Shown here: piece by piece, positions 53,790-64,000 of the stretch
Layout of the letters: each line of letters begins with the position of its first letter
How positions within the stretch are numbered: position 1 is the first letter of the stretch
Assembly: GCF_036321535.1 (NCBI RefSeq)
Contig: NC_087436.1
Coordinates: forward strand, 18,292,001-18,356,000
Length of the DNA stretch: 64,000 nt
Source: Camelus dromedarius
Lineage: Eukaryota
Direction: 5' to 3'
Position numbers and translations under genes: made by a program
The notes under the pieces: model-generated
Database searches by the model: none
What the model was told of the DNA's origin: nothing
The model's input: the letters and a program-made list of their open reading frames with translations, nothing else

Positions 53790-54120
53790 CTCAGACAAAT
53801 CCAGCATTTAGGAAGCTGAATGATCCAGGATAACATCATTTACCTCTCAGCGCTTCCGTGTTCTCAATGGTAAATGGGGTCATAACAGCACTTACACTTC
53901 ATAAAGGTTTTTAATGGATTAAATGAAACAAGTTGTATAAAAAATTTGTAGCTGGGGAGAGGGTATGGCTCGGTGGTAGAGTCCATACTTAGCATGCATG
54001 AGGTCCTGGGTTCCATCCCCAGTACCTCCACTAAAATAAATAATAACATAAAAACTTAAAAATAAATAAATTAAAAAAAAAAGAAATTAGCCCAGTGCCT
54101 GGTACACAGTTAACAAGAGA
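53790..54120 (+). mobile_element. MIR split by a Vic-1 SINE
   Basis: catttacctctcagcgcttcc...taaatggggtcataacagcact...ggattaaatga and then ttagcccagtgcctggtacacagt after the SINE. Confidence 0.7.
53954..54082 (+). mobile_element. Vic-1-type SINE
   Basis: ggggagagggtatggctcggtggtagagtccatacttagcatgcatgaggtcctgggttccatccccagtacctcc + A-rich tail. Confidence 0.88.
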
Positions 54121-55343
54121 AGAATTCTAACACTATCGTTTTTGTTGTTTTTTTCTGTGCAATTTCAGCCCAGTTTCTCTCAAAGCCAGTCAAGTGACAG
54201 TTTTGAATCTAAAAATTAAAGTTTCCTCTGCTTTTCCACTTGGACCTATAAGGTCTGTGTCCCGTCTTTTAATTTAGTTCTCTCAACTTCAGTAAACAAA
54301 TTGAGAATAAGAACATAAAGCATCAGAAAAATTTAGAGTGCCACCATGCTACATAACTCTTCTTCCTGAGATGTGAAGACTGAGCCCACAGTCAATGAGG
54401 GCAAATGAAAAAAGAACCACCGTTACGACAGTAACACCACTATCACAGGGCTGGCCCTGAGGATGCTCTGCTGTGGCACTGCTCAGTTTCAAGGTCCTGT
54501 CAATCAGCCGCAGTTAACAAATGAAATGAAAATTCCAAAGCACCCTGGCTTCAGTCCAGGGGAAGAAGGGAGGAAAAGAGGAAATACAGAAACATCTTCA
54601 CATGCTCCTCCTTTCTACTAACTGGCAACCAAGCTCGACAGGCGAAGAGGTCCTGTAAGAGCTTCATCGTTAAAGTAACACCAAACTGTCAGAAGTATGA
54701 AAGAGTTTTGGGGGGCCTTAATTTCAAAATCAGGCTACCCTATGCACTGCACACTCACTAAGACAGCAACAAGACTGAAAACTCGGTGAGATAAGTAAAG
54801 ATGCCATCTAGGAACGTTTTTTTACAGCCCTGTGCAATTGCCCTGATAATTTTAGAAAGAACTAATGATTTCAGATAGGTACGGAAAGAAATGGTGTGAA
54901 AGAAGAGAAATACGTCCTTGACTTTAACATGGAGCAGGTTTATGGGGTGGGGGGGGTGCATATGTATATGAATGTGTGTGTGTTGATATAAATGGAGGTG
55001 AGAGGAAAGGAGGAAAAAGGTACTACTCATTTTCAGCCTTCCACCAAACCCCAGCTCCTCTGCAAGCAAGTTTTAGCAAAGCGTGGCACAGAATTCAAGG
55101 ACGTGGCTGGAAAGCAGGGTGCTCACAGAGTTCCTAACCACACCGTCCTCTCCCTAGGGCAGGAATGTGTTTCCCCCACAAAAAAAAAAAGTGCAACATT
55201 CACCTTCTAGCATAGGAGAGAGAAAAGAAAGTGGTAGGAATAATTATTCCAAAAACATCAGAGTAAGGACAGTAAGGGGTTTTTTAATAAGTTTTAATTG
55301 GCCCTCCCATTAAAGCACTCATCACTGTTGACAAGCCTCTTAC

Positions 55344-55473
55344 TTTTTTCCTGTACATACAGGTAGCCTTCTGCAGTGAACTGACTTGCCCGTTTGTGGT
55401 CCCTGGGATTCTGTCTAATTTTGTTCATAAGTTCTTCCACTTCTGATCTTGTTCCTTCAAAACGATTCCGTGT
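55344..55473 (-). CDS. ARHGAP10: ARHGAP10 coding exon (~exon 8), BAR end / PH start; TRNRFEGTRSEVEELMNKIRQNPRDHKRASQFTAEGYLYVQEK
   Basis: 130 nt, phase 0-1, ..tttcag / gtaaga; EGYLY PH beta-1 motif. Confidence 0.96.
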
Positions 55474-56157
55474 CTGAAACAGATTGAAAAAATATATATA
55501 TATATAAATTTTAAGTTCTCACATGAGCTTTTTCACATACATGTTTAAGTCTCTGGATAACTAATAAAATTTGTAGCATTTTCCTATTAATTTCTCAAAA
55601 TATACCCATCCTTTCCAGTGGGTCTCTGTTGAGATTGCTGTTCATAGAAAAAAAAAAAAAAAGCAGTGGTTACGTAGTTAATAGAGGAGTAGAAATCAAG
55701 GTTACTAGAGGTTATTTACTATGGAAACTCTCTAACACCAAGAATAACTCCATTATTCAACATAAGAATTCCTGCCTCCAGGTCTCACAATATTACTAAA
55801 TCTTAAAGGTTTTCAAAAAATGGGAAGTCTTTCCTTTGAAACAATCAATCTGACTCCTTACTATCACATTAGCAATAGGTTTAAGTACTCAGAATCTGAG
55901 AAATTTAATTCTTCTTTGCAAACTAATCAATATGAGTGTCATTTTTTTCAGGTCATGGCAATTGCGCTTGAAAATGACATTTCTTCATAGAAGAAGGTGG
56001 GGGTGGGGGAGTCTCACCTATAAATAATGTCTTTGATACCTAAAGAGACAAATCACATTGCCAAAACCCAGGGGACTTGGGATGCCAACATCTCTGTCAA
56101 ACAGCTAGACTGAAAACGGACATGCAAGGTGAAGTGACAAAATTACCCAGGCAAACG

Positions 56158-56170
56158 TGCTGAGTCAGCA
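56158..56170. promoter_or_regulatory. Perfect palindromic Maf recognition element (T-MARE) TGCTGAGTCAGCA
   Basis: Exact consensus match; function untested. Confidence 0.4.
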
Positions 56171-56779
56171 CCGCCAAGTTTCTGGACATTTCTTTCATCC
56201 ACACTCAAAAATAATTGTATTAATACTGAAAAACTGCTGATGTGAAACTGCGGAGGAGCTGAGATGAAAAATTATTATTGAAATTTCTCCTCTCTCCTCC
56301 CTACAAGGGAAGAGGTTACCAAGGGTTCCAAATGCAGAAAAATGATAGAATGGCACATGTTTTAGGGGGATGGAGAGTCTGATAAATGTAGATTGTAGAG
56401 GGGAAACTTAACTGCAGAGGCTTATTTTAAACACAAGCTGAGAGGTGGTTTTTGGTTTTTGTTTTAACTCCTTTATATAAAGTACAGGGCAGCAAAGAGG
56501 GTGGGGCTCACTTGCGGATGGCCAGTCCCCTCTCTTGCCTTCCCACTTCTCATGCCTCTGGGATTTCTTGTCCCCATCTTAATACTGATTATACCCTTAT
56601 TTTATTCTTCTTTGTCACTATACTGAGATTCCTCTCAATCCTCACTTCATTCCATCTCTGTGTCTAACAACTATACATACACACACACATATGTGCATGC
56701 CATATATGACACATGCTAGCACATACACAGTCCTGTTAACCTCATGAGTTCCATCTCAGTATTTAGGTTAATGCCCAAA

Positions 56780-57350
56780 TCATAGGTTAATGCTCAAATC
56801 ATCCTGGATTTGACCAGCAGGCGTCCCTTCTAGCTGGCACCTGTGTCTTCTGACATACTCTCTTAATTTTCTGAGTAACCCCTTACTTTCTGATCCAAAA
56901 AGGTATCCCAGGTTTACCTTATACCTCCTCTGGCCCAGTCCTCACATCAGCCATTCCCCAAAGGAGCCCTTACTCCCTTCAGTGGTGTGTAGTATTTAGA
57001 AGCCAAGGTCTAGGCACAACGTGCTCACAGCTAAGGGGGTGTCACTGCTTCTAGGTTTTCCTGGAAGAAAAGACTGAGGAAATGTGTATATGTGTATACA
57101 TACACAGACATACATATATATGTACATATACATATCACAACTTCTGTATCTATCTGTGTATTTTAAAACACATGAGTTCATATCATGACATTTAATTCCA
57201 ATCCAATACTTCCTTTGGATACAGATTTCTTTCTAGATTATCCTTTTCTAATTCTGCACTTTTCAGACAGTGAAAAATCTGGCTCCCATTACTCTCAGTA
57301 TATTTACTTATTTGCTCGATTAACATATCTGTTCAATGTAACCAGTCTCC
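56780..57350 (-). mobile_element. Old L1MC/MD 3'UTR fragment
   Basis: gatttgaccagcaggcgtcccttctagctggcacctgtgtc...cagccattccccaaaggagccctt...tatttagaagccaaggtctaggcac. Confidence 0.7.
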
Positions 57351-58139
57351 CAAATATTCCAGCCACCTCCTCCGCATGCTGCCTCTGTGCCCTCCCACCC
57401 TCACTTTCATTGCTGCAGACCCTCCATATGGTGGTACCCCCTGCCCTCACTGCCCTCCTTCCTCAGATGCTTGTGACTCGGCACCGGGAAGGGAAAGGAA
57501 GGTTTTGCTACTTTTTTTTTAATGTATCGTTTCAGGTTAATTATGAGTAATGGTGAAAATTACATTTTTTAAATTTGAGCACAAACAATAGAGTGGCTGG
57601 AACCTGGCAATTTCTAATTCTAAATTCTAGGTGTATGGGTCAGTATCAAGTAATAGTAATGTTAGACTGGAAGCATTATAATAGGTCACATGAGAGTGTT
57701 CATGTGTTTCCAAGGGGCTGGTCTTTCTAAAGGGAAAAGAATTAGCTAGAAGCAAAAATGAAGAGCAAAGGAGACTCCTAGATCAGGTGTTCTCGACACA
57801 GAAGGTGAGGTGGGAAAGAGCCTCTACCTGTAGAGACGCAGGACCAGCCTCAGAAAGAGCCAGAATCATAGGCAGAGAGGAGAGTTTGGGGAAGAGGTTG
57901 GGGATTGGGCAATTTACTAATGACAACCCGTAAGTTACAGGGGGTACAGAAAATGAGTATTTTTTATTCTTTGCTCATTTCTCTATGTGAAACGAATGTT
58001 ACCACGCATGTGTGTTAGGGTCTTAACATACAAAGGATATTAACCAGGTGAATCATTTCAATGACAGCTGCCTTCAAATTTTGTTTATAGCATTTCATGC
58101 CTGAGTGTCGCTCATTCCCATTTAAATCTTAGGTCTTTC

Positions 58140-59065
58140 TCATACAAATAGCCAAAAGGCACATGAAAAAATGCTCAATATCACTAATTATTAGAGAAAT
58201 GCAAATCCAAATTATAATGAGGTATCACTTCACACCAGTCAGAATGGTCATTACTCAAAAGTCCATGAACAATAAATGTTGGAGAGGCTGTGGAGAAAAG
58301 GGAAGGAACCCTCCTACAATGCTGGTGGGAATGCAGTTTACTGCAGTCTCTGTGGAAAACAGTATGGAGGTTCCTCAAAAGACTTAAAATAGACTTACCA
58401 TATGACTCAGCAATCCCACTCTAGGGCATATATCCAGAGGGAACCTTAATTCAAAAAGACACCTGCACCTCAATGTTCATAGCAGCACTACTTACAATAG
58501 CCAAGACATGGAAACAAACCTAAGTGTCCACTGACAGATGAATGGATAAAGAAATTGTGGTATATTTATACAATGGAATATTACTCAGCCATAAAAAAGA
58601 ATAAAATAATGCCATTTGCAGCAACATGGATGGACCTAAAGATTATCATTCTGTGAAATAATCCAGAAAGAGAAAGAAAAATACCATGATATCACTCATA
58701 TGTGGAATCTTAAAAAAAAAAAAAGAAAGAAATAATAAAAGGACACTATGAACTCGTCTACAAAACAGAAACAGACTCGCAGACATAGCAAACAATCTTA
58801 TGGTTACCGGAGAGAGGGGGTGGGAAGGATAAATTTAGGAGTTTGAAATGTACAAATGTTAGCCACTATATATAAAAATAGATTAAAACAAGTTTCTGCT
58901 GTATAGCACAGGGAATTACATTCAATATCTTGTAATAACCTTTAATGAAAAAAATATGAAAGTGAATATATGTATGTATATGCATGACTGGGACATGGTG
59001 CTGTACACCAGAAACTGACACATTGTAACTAACAGTATTTTAACAGATAGACAGACAGACAGATC
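58140..59065 (+). mobile_element. 5'-truncated young L1 (ORF2 Cys-rich C-terminus + 3'UTR)
   Basis: Track ORF 58163 [40 protein letters not shown] aatcttaggtctttc (58125-58139) / aatcttgggtctttc (59066-59080). Confidence 0.93.
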
Positions 59066-59209
59066 AATCTTGGGTCTTTCCAAAATCACTGTGGTGTATG
59101 TAAAGTAACAATATCCTCCTGACCCCAAGGGTGTGTGATGAATGAACTGCCACACATAAGCCAGCCGTGCAGGGGTAGTTTCTCACACCTCACCCCAGAC
59201 CTTGAGGTG

Positions 59210-59350
59210 GAGCTGGCTTCACAGGCAGGTAGTCTCAGAAGGTCGGGCACTTAATTTAATGCTTGGCTGTTGCTGTCTTGAAATCCTTCATTTTTGAATA
59301 AGAGGTCTTGCCTCCTCATTTTACACAAATCAGGGATTCAGTTCTGCCTG
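59210..59350. mobile_element. MER53-like hAT MITE fragment
   Basis: tttaatgcttggctgttgctgtcttgaaatccttcatttttgaataagagg. Confidence 0.5.
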
Positions 59351-60439
59351 AAGGGTCTCATCCAGGCCAGCCCTACACTTGACCGATGAGGTACAGACAG
59401 AAAAATGGATTCTACAAGTTAATATAGCCAGTTGGCGGAGAGTAAGAAAAATCAGGATTATAGCCTCATCTGCTAAACTACGTAACGTTCTTTTTTATAA
59501 CACTGTTCTGCTGTCTGCAAAAGTATTCTCATAAATCACAGATGCGCCAGACTACTACCTAACTACCTACCTAGTTCTACTGCTTACAGAGACAGTTTTG
59601 AACTGAGCAGTAATCTACACCTGTATACGTTGATATATTTTTTAAACCTGCTCATTATATCACTGATCTTGGGGGGTGAATGGAGGAATCTACTCTTTTA
59701 GTCATTCAGTTGAAAGGCTGTACAATCTTTAAATACAAATTGACACATGAATTACAAAACACAGGAGATATCATTATCGACATTCCTAAGCATACGGAAC
59801 AATCCCAAAATAACTTAGAAACGACAGCTACGTGAAAACCATTCCTCCTCAGTTTCTAAGATTATAAAACGTTGAAGGTCAGGTAGCAAACAGCAAAGAG
59901 ATTCCCATTCTTCTACTTGTATGTCTTCCAGGATGTGTTAGGAGTTGGTCCCAAAACTCATTCCCTATATTTCTAATAACTTTTGAAATTACACTAAACA
60001 TAACCTGAACAGCTTTTCAATGAGGACACTTCCAAAATCAACTGAAGTGTTAAAAGGAAAAACATCTATCATCTTCTGATCAAGATCACATACATCATTC
60101 TGTTTACTCAATAAAGTTCTCCAAAATTTCTTTATCCAAGACTTAACAGAAGGCATACGTTTTTTAGGAAAATAATAGAGACCAACAGCAACTGTGAACA
60201 CCAGTATGTTAGTGGAAATGCATAAAACCCAGGAAAGAAATTCCACTGGAAGTGTAAGCCTATCTGGGAATAAAAATCAAGTAATACATACAGGTAACAG
60301 AGACTATAACTGAAATGCCTTCAATCTAAGGTGGTGGGCTATTTGTCTGTATGTCACACATGGTGAACTTAGGGCTACCCAACAAAGCTTATCCTTAAAA
60401 CTGTCCCACAAAGTGCAAGATGGCTGGTTGACACTGCCG

Positions 60440-60645
60440 TGTATGTTTCAAAGTTGCTAAGAGAGTAGACACTCAAAGTTATCATCACAAAGAAAAAAAA
60501 TTTGTAACTGTATGAGGTGATAGGTATTTACTAAACTTATCGTGGAGATCATTTCACAATATACGTAAGCCAAGCCATTATGCTGTACCCCTTCAACTTT
60601 ACAAGTGCTGTTGTGCGTTAATTATATCGCAATTAACCTGGAAAA
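60440..60645 (+). mobile_element. L1MA-type 3' end
   Basis: aagttgctaagagagtaga...catcacaaagaaaaaaaatttgtaactgtatgaggtgat...gatcatttcacaatatacgt. Confidence 0.78.
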
Positions 60646-60754
60646 TTAACAATGAAGCAAATTATGCAAAATTCTGATTATAAAAACATACTTTGTGACT
60701 TTTCTGAAAATAAGGGAAGAAAAATAAATTACATGAAATGAATTTTTTTAAAGA

Positions 60755-60840
60755 GCCGCCAGGTGGCAGAACTAACTGTGTGAGCCTCACTTAGATGGAG
60801 AGCAGTTTGTTCTGCTGAGAACTGACCGGAAGGTGGCGAC
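60755..60840 (+). promoter_or_regulatory. Two tandem CTCF-like motifs
   Basis: gCCGCCAGGTGGCAGa (60755-60770) and tgaCCGGAAGGTGGCGac (60823-60840), compared with consensus CCACCAGGGGGCGC. Confidence 0.45.
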
Positions 60841-60964
60841 ATAGCCTCAGTTTCTCAGTACCGACAGATCAGCCTGGTCTCAGTTTAAGCTTTTCATATA
60901 CCAAATAAAACAAAAATACACGTCTCAAACACCTTTTTGTATGAGAAAGTGTTCACTTCCTTAC

Positions 60965-61069
60965 ATTCTGAATGTTGATCTGCAGTTCCATTTTGTAGTG
61001 ATTAAAGTCTTTGGCAAGTTCATGGCCCTGATGATAGAAAGTAAACATTCCCTGAAAAAATGACAGCAT
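60965..61069 (-). CDS. ARHGAP10: ARHGAP10 coding exon (~exon 7), BAR domain; [35 protein letters not shown]
   Basis: 105 nt, phase 0-0, ..ttttag / gtaagg; in frame with flanking exons. Confidence 0.96.
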
Positions 61070-61715
61070 CTAAAACAAAGGAGAAAAAGAAACATTAACA
61101 CACACACACAAAAATAAAAACCTCAGGAGAAAAAAGTAAATAAAAACAGCCACTTATTTCTCGTCACCACATTGTGATTCTATTGAAGTAAAATAATTAA
61201 AAGGAAGTCACTAGAATTCAATTAAATCTAACTGCTTATTATTCACGAATCAGTCCCTATAAAAACTGAAGGACTTGTGATTTTTTTTCCCCTAAATATC
61301 ACAGCCATTTAGGCAGCTTTGATAGTATGCTGTATAGGAGAAATGGAATTCTACATCAGCCATTTGTGCTTTTTTTTTTTTAGATCAAGAGACCCCCTAC
61401 ATGGATTTATAATTGAAATTGTTATCACTATAAGGCAACAGAACCTATAAGGACCGTGAAATGCAGAACAAAGAGCTAAAGGCTCTTTGAAGGAGCATTC
61501 GGTGCAGAGCAACCTCTATTTTGTTGACAAGGATGCTCAGGGAGTAGGGCAGAGACGGGGCAGTTATTAAGCCCTGAGTTTCCCACAAACTCTCCACCAG
61601 AGGCTCTTGATAAGAAGGCAGCTGCTTCTGTCCCACATGTGAGTAAATCTAGAGTAAGAGGGATTTGGGGTGAGGGTGAAAGAAATCCTGAAATTCATTT
61701 TCTCCAGAAGGTCAC

Positions 61716-61950
61716 GCAGTTTAATGGTTAGGAATCTGGGACTCTGGCCAGCAGGGGTCAATTCCCAACTTCAGCGATGTCAGATGGGCAAATTACTGAA
61801 GTTTCTCTGATTTCTACATTTGCTAAGTAGGATAATAAAGATATCTCCTTAAGGATATGGAATACACGCAAGATCACAGTAAAGTGCTTAAAACAATGAC
61901 CTGAGTAATAACTGAGCATTGAAAGTGCTCAATAAATGTAGGCCATTTTT
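61716..61950 (+). mobile_element. MIR SINE
   Basis: taatggttaggaatctgggactctgg...gggcaaattactgaagtttctctg...gtaaagtgcttaaaacaatg..gtgctcaataaatgtaggc. Confidence 0.75.
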
Positions 61951-62941
61951 CTAATTTCACATGAAAAGAAAGCTTTAAGGAGGTTTTCTTTGTTTAGGTT
62001 AGTTCTATTACTCCACTGGCCCACAGCTTCCACAAAAGCTAATTTTTTTTTAATTTTGTTTTTTATTGACATGTAGTTGATTTAACTGCTAATTTTGAAA
62101 TTAATCATTAATTGAGTTTGTTTGTTTCTCAAAATCATAAACACAATGGGTAAATTGTACTGCATATGAATTCTCTCAAGAAAGCTGGGTTTTTTCAATC
62201 ACATGCAATATAGTCTATATTAAAATTAAAATGAATCTTGAGAGTCAGGAATCTCAGTGTACCTATATATGTTTTTTCCAAAACCCACAGTATGAAATGC
62301 CCTTCACATTTGGATTCAGAATACATATATTCATATATAAGTAACTGCAGCAATCAAGAGTACATCTATAGAAGCACAAACGAAAACCATGTGTTTCTAA
62401 AATAAGTATAACGAAACATCAGGGCAACTCACAAAACAGTTTCAAAAGCTCCATGCACTGGTTCTTAAATTGCATAAGCATTGTGAGCTGTATTAGAAAT
62501 AATGTTATCAATCATTGTTGAAAGTTTCAAAGTCTGGACTGGTGCCCTTGCTTTAAAAACAAATTTGAGTAGAGGGGAGATTATCCCCAAAACACCAACA
62601 CTCTCACTCACATTCCAATATAATTTCTTTCAAGGGGATTTCTTTCAAGGGTGGAGTCACCACTAGGGCAGCAGAAACTGACCTAACTGCAGAGTCCTGG
62701 AGACCACGTAGCAAGAGGAAACTCTGCACTGCACGCTGCTATGCAAAGAAGGCAGAGAACCACTATTTAGAGGTGATTCTTCAACTTCATGGCTATCTGG
62801 GTCCGCTGTTTACAAAGTGCGGTGTCTTGCCTCATGTTTATGCATTACAGACTCTAGCAACCATACATTAGCTCTTGAAAGAAAAAATTTTTACTTCATC
62901 CATAATTCAACTAGCAGAACAACGTGCTATTATATACTTAC

Positions 62942-63052
62942 GGGTTCCACAAACTCAAACTTCTTCCTTTCTTGGATTTCCTGAAGCTTGCATACGTATT
63001 CAAGAGACAGTTCGTAAAAGTGTTGCCGGTTTTGTTCCACTTGGATATCTGC
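62942..63052 (-). CDS. ARHGAP10: ARHGAP10 coding exon (~exon 6), BAR domain; [37 protein letters not shown]
   Basis: 111 nt, phase 0-0, acceptor ..acacag / donor gtaagt; translation matches the ARHGAP10/GRAF2 BAR segment as I recall it. Confidence 0.96.
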
Positions 63053-63094
63053 CTGTGTTAAAACAATGGAGGCTGGTCAAATTAAAGATTTACC

Positions 63095-63328
63095 CCAGCT
63101 CTGCAAAGCTACAGTCTATGGGCCAGACGTGGCCCGCCGCCTGTAAGTGAGGTTGGATTGGACTCTAGTCATGACTACTGATGCGTGTGTCTTCCATGAC
63201 TTCTTTCCTGCTACAGTAGCTGATTAGTTCAAGAGACTGAGTAGTTGAGACAGGAACCTTGTGGTCTTCCTAAGTCTAATACAATGTTTACTATCTGACT
63301 CTCTGCAGAAAAACGTTGCCAATCCCTG
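63095..63328. mobile_element. MER58-like hAT-Charlie MITE
   Basis: ctgcaaagctacagtctatgggccag...tgtttactatctgactctctgcagaaaaacgttgccaatccctg. Confidence 0.75.
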
Positions 63329-63859
63329 TTCTCTGTGACGAGGTTGACCCCAAAGGACTGACAATCACACCGTTAAGCTCTTTGTGAAAAACCTACCCTA
63401 ACCACAAGTGACACCCACGGTGGCCGCATACACAGAACCCAAATTACACCTGCGTTATTTCCGTTAACAAATCCCCTAAGAATGAAGTGGCCTAGGGAAG
63501 GGAGTTGAGCAAATCCCAGTCACCTCAGCACTCATGAGTGAAGGCAGCAGGTGAGGAAGAGGTGCCCGTGGCACCAGCTCAAGAACTTGGCTCTCACAGG
63601 CAGGCCTGGGCAGGAAGCCCACCTGCAGGCAGTCATGCTCCTAAGCCCTCACAAGGTCCCATCTACCGGGAGGGAAAAGGCATCACATGGTTTCAGGACA
63701 CTACTCCAAAAAATGGTTCCAGCTTATCTTGTCTAACGAGAAAGGACCTGGAAGAGGAGCACGGCTCCAGGGAGGAACAGCGGAGAAGCCACGTGTCCTC
63801 AAGACAGTTCCTACAAGGCATCGTGTATTTCCTAACGTGACTAATTTTACTTTTACAAG

Positions 63860-63975
63860 TATTTATCTGGACACTTATCTAAAGGGGCCATATCTAAGCA
63901 CATGGAAAGATGCTCAACATCACTCATCATTAGGGAAATACAAACCAAAACCACAAGGTACCAACCCACATTTAT
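63860..63975 (+). mobile_element. L1 ORF2 C-terminal fragment
   Basis: taagcacatggaaagatgctcaacatcactcatcattagggaaatacaaaccaaaaccaca. Confidence 0.7.
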
Positions 63976-64000
63976 GGAAGGAAGGAAGGAAGGACAGAAG

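Noticed and set aside
7335..54082. tRNA-like sequences with A/B boxes (six copies)
   Set aside because: Diverged, with A-rich tails and in several cases TSDs; these are SINEs, not tRNA genes
1..64000. Prokaryote-type systems, NUMT, snoRNA/miRNA, intact ERV or non-retroviral endogenous virus
   Set aside because: None recognised by eye; small RNAs and very old viral fossils cannot be excluded without Infernal/Rfam and tBLASTn searches

Overview
Mammalian genomic DNA, almost certainly camelid (six tRNA-derived Vic-1-type SINEs plus cetartiodactyl-type L1 3' ends). The whole window lies inside one gene on the minus strand: ARHGAP10 (GRAF2/PSGAP; BAR-PH-RhoGAP-SH3). Nine consecutive internal coding exons (equivalent to human exons 6-14, numbering from memory) can be read directly. 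All have GT-AG boundaries and compatible phases, and they splice into 817 nt of open frame covering the end of the BAR domain, the PH domain and the start of the RhoGAP domain (GLYR arginine finger). The rest is intron filled with transposon fossils: L1s of several ages, Vic-1 SINEs, MIR, L2, ERV/MaLR solo LTRs, hAT MITEs and a Tigger transposase remnant, with several nested insertions and readable target-site duplications. I found no convincing novel biological system, RNA gene, CRISPR array or intact mobile element. The best leads are an unidentified ~0.8 kb LTR-like or retrocopy insert, a sense-oriented solo LTR just upstream of exon 11, a strong cryptic donor inside the catalytic exon, inverted repeat pairs flanking exon groups, and Maf/NRF2 and CTCF motifs. 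Repeat family names come from recognising consensus sequences from memory, and most repeat boundaries are approximate.
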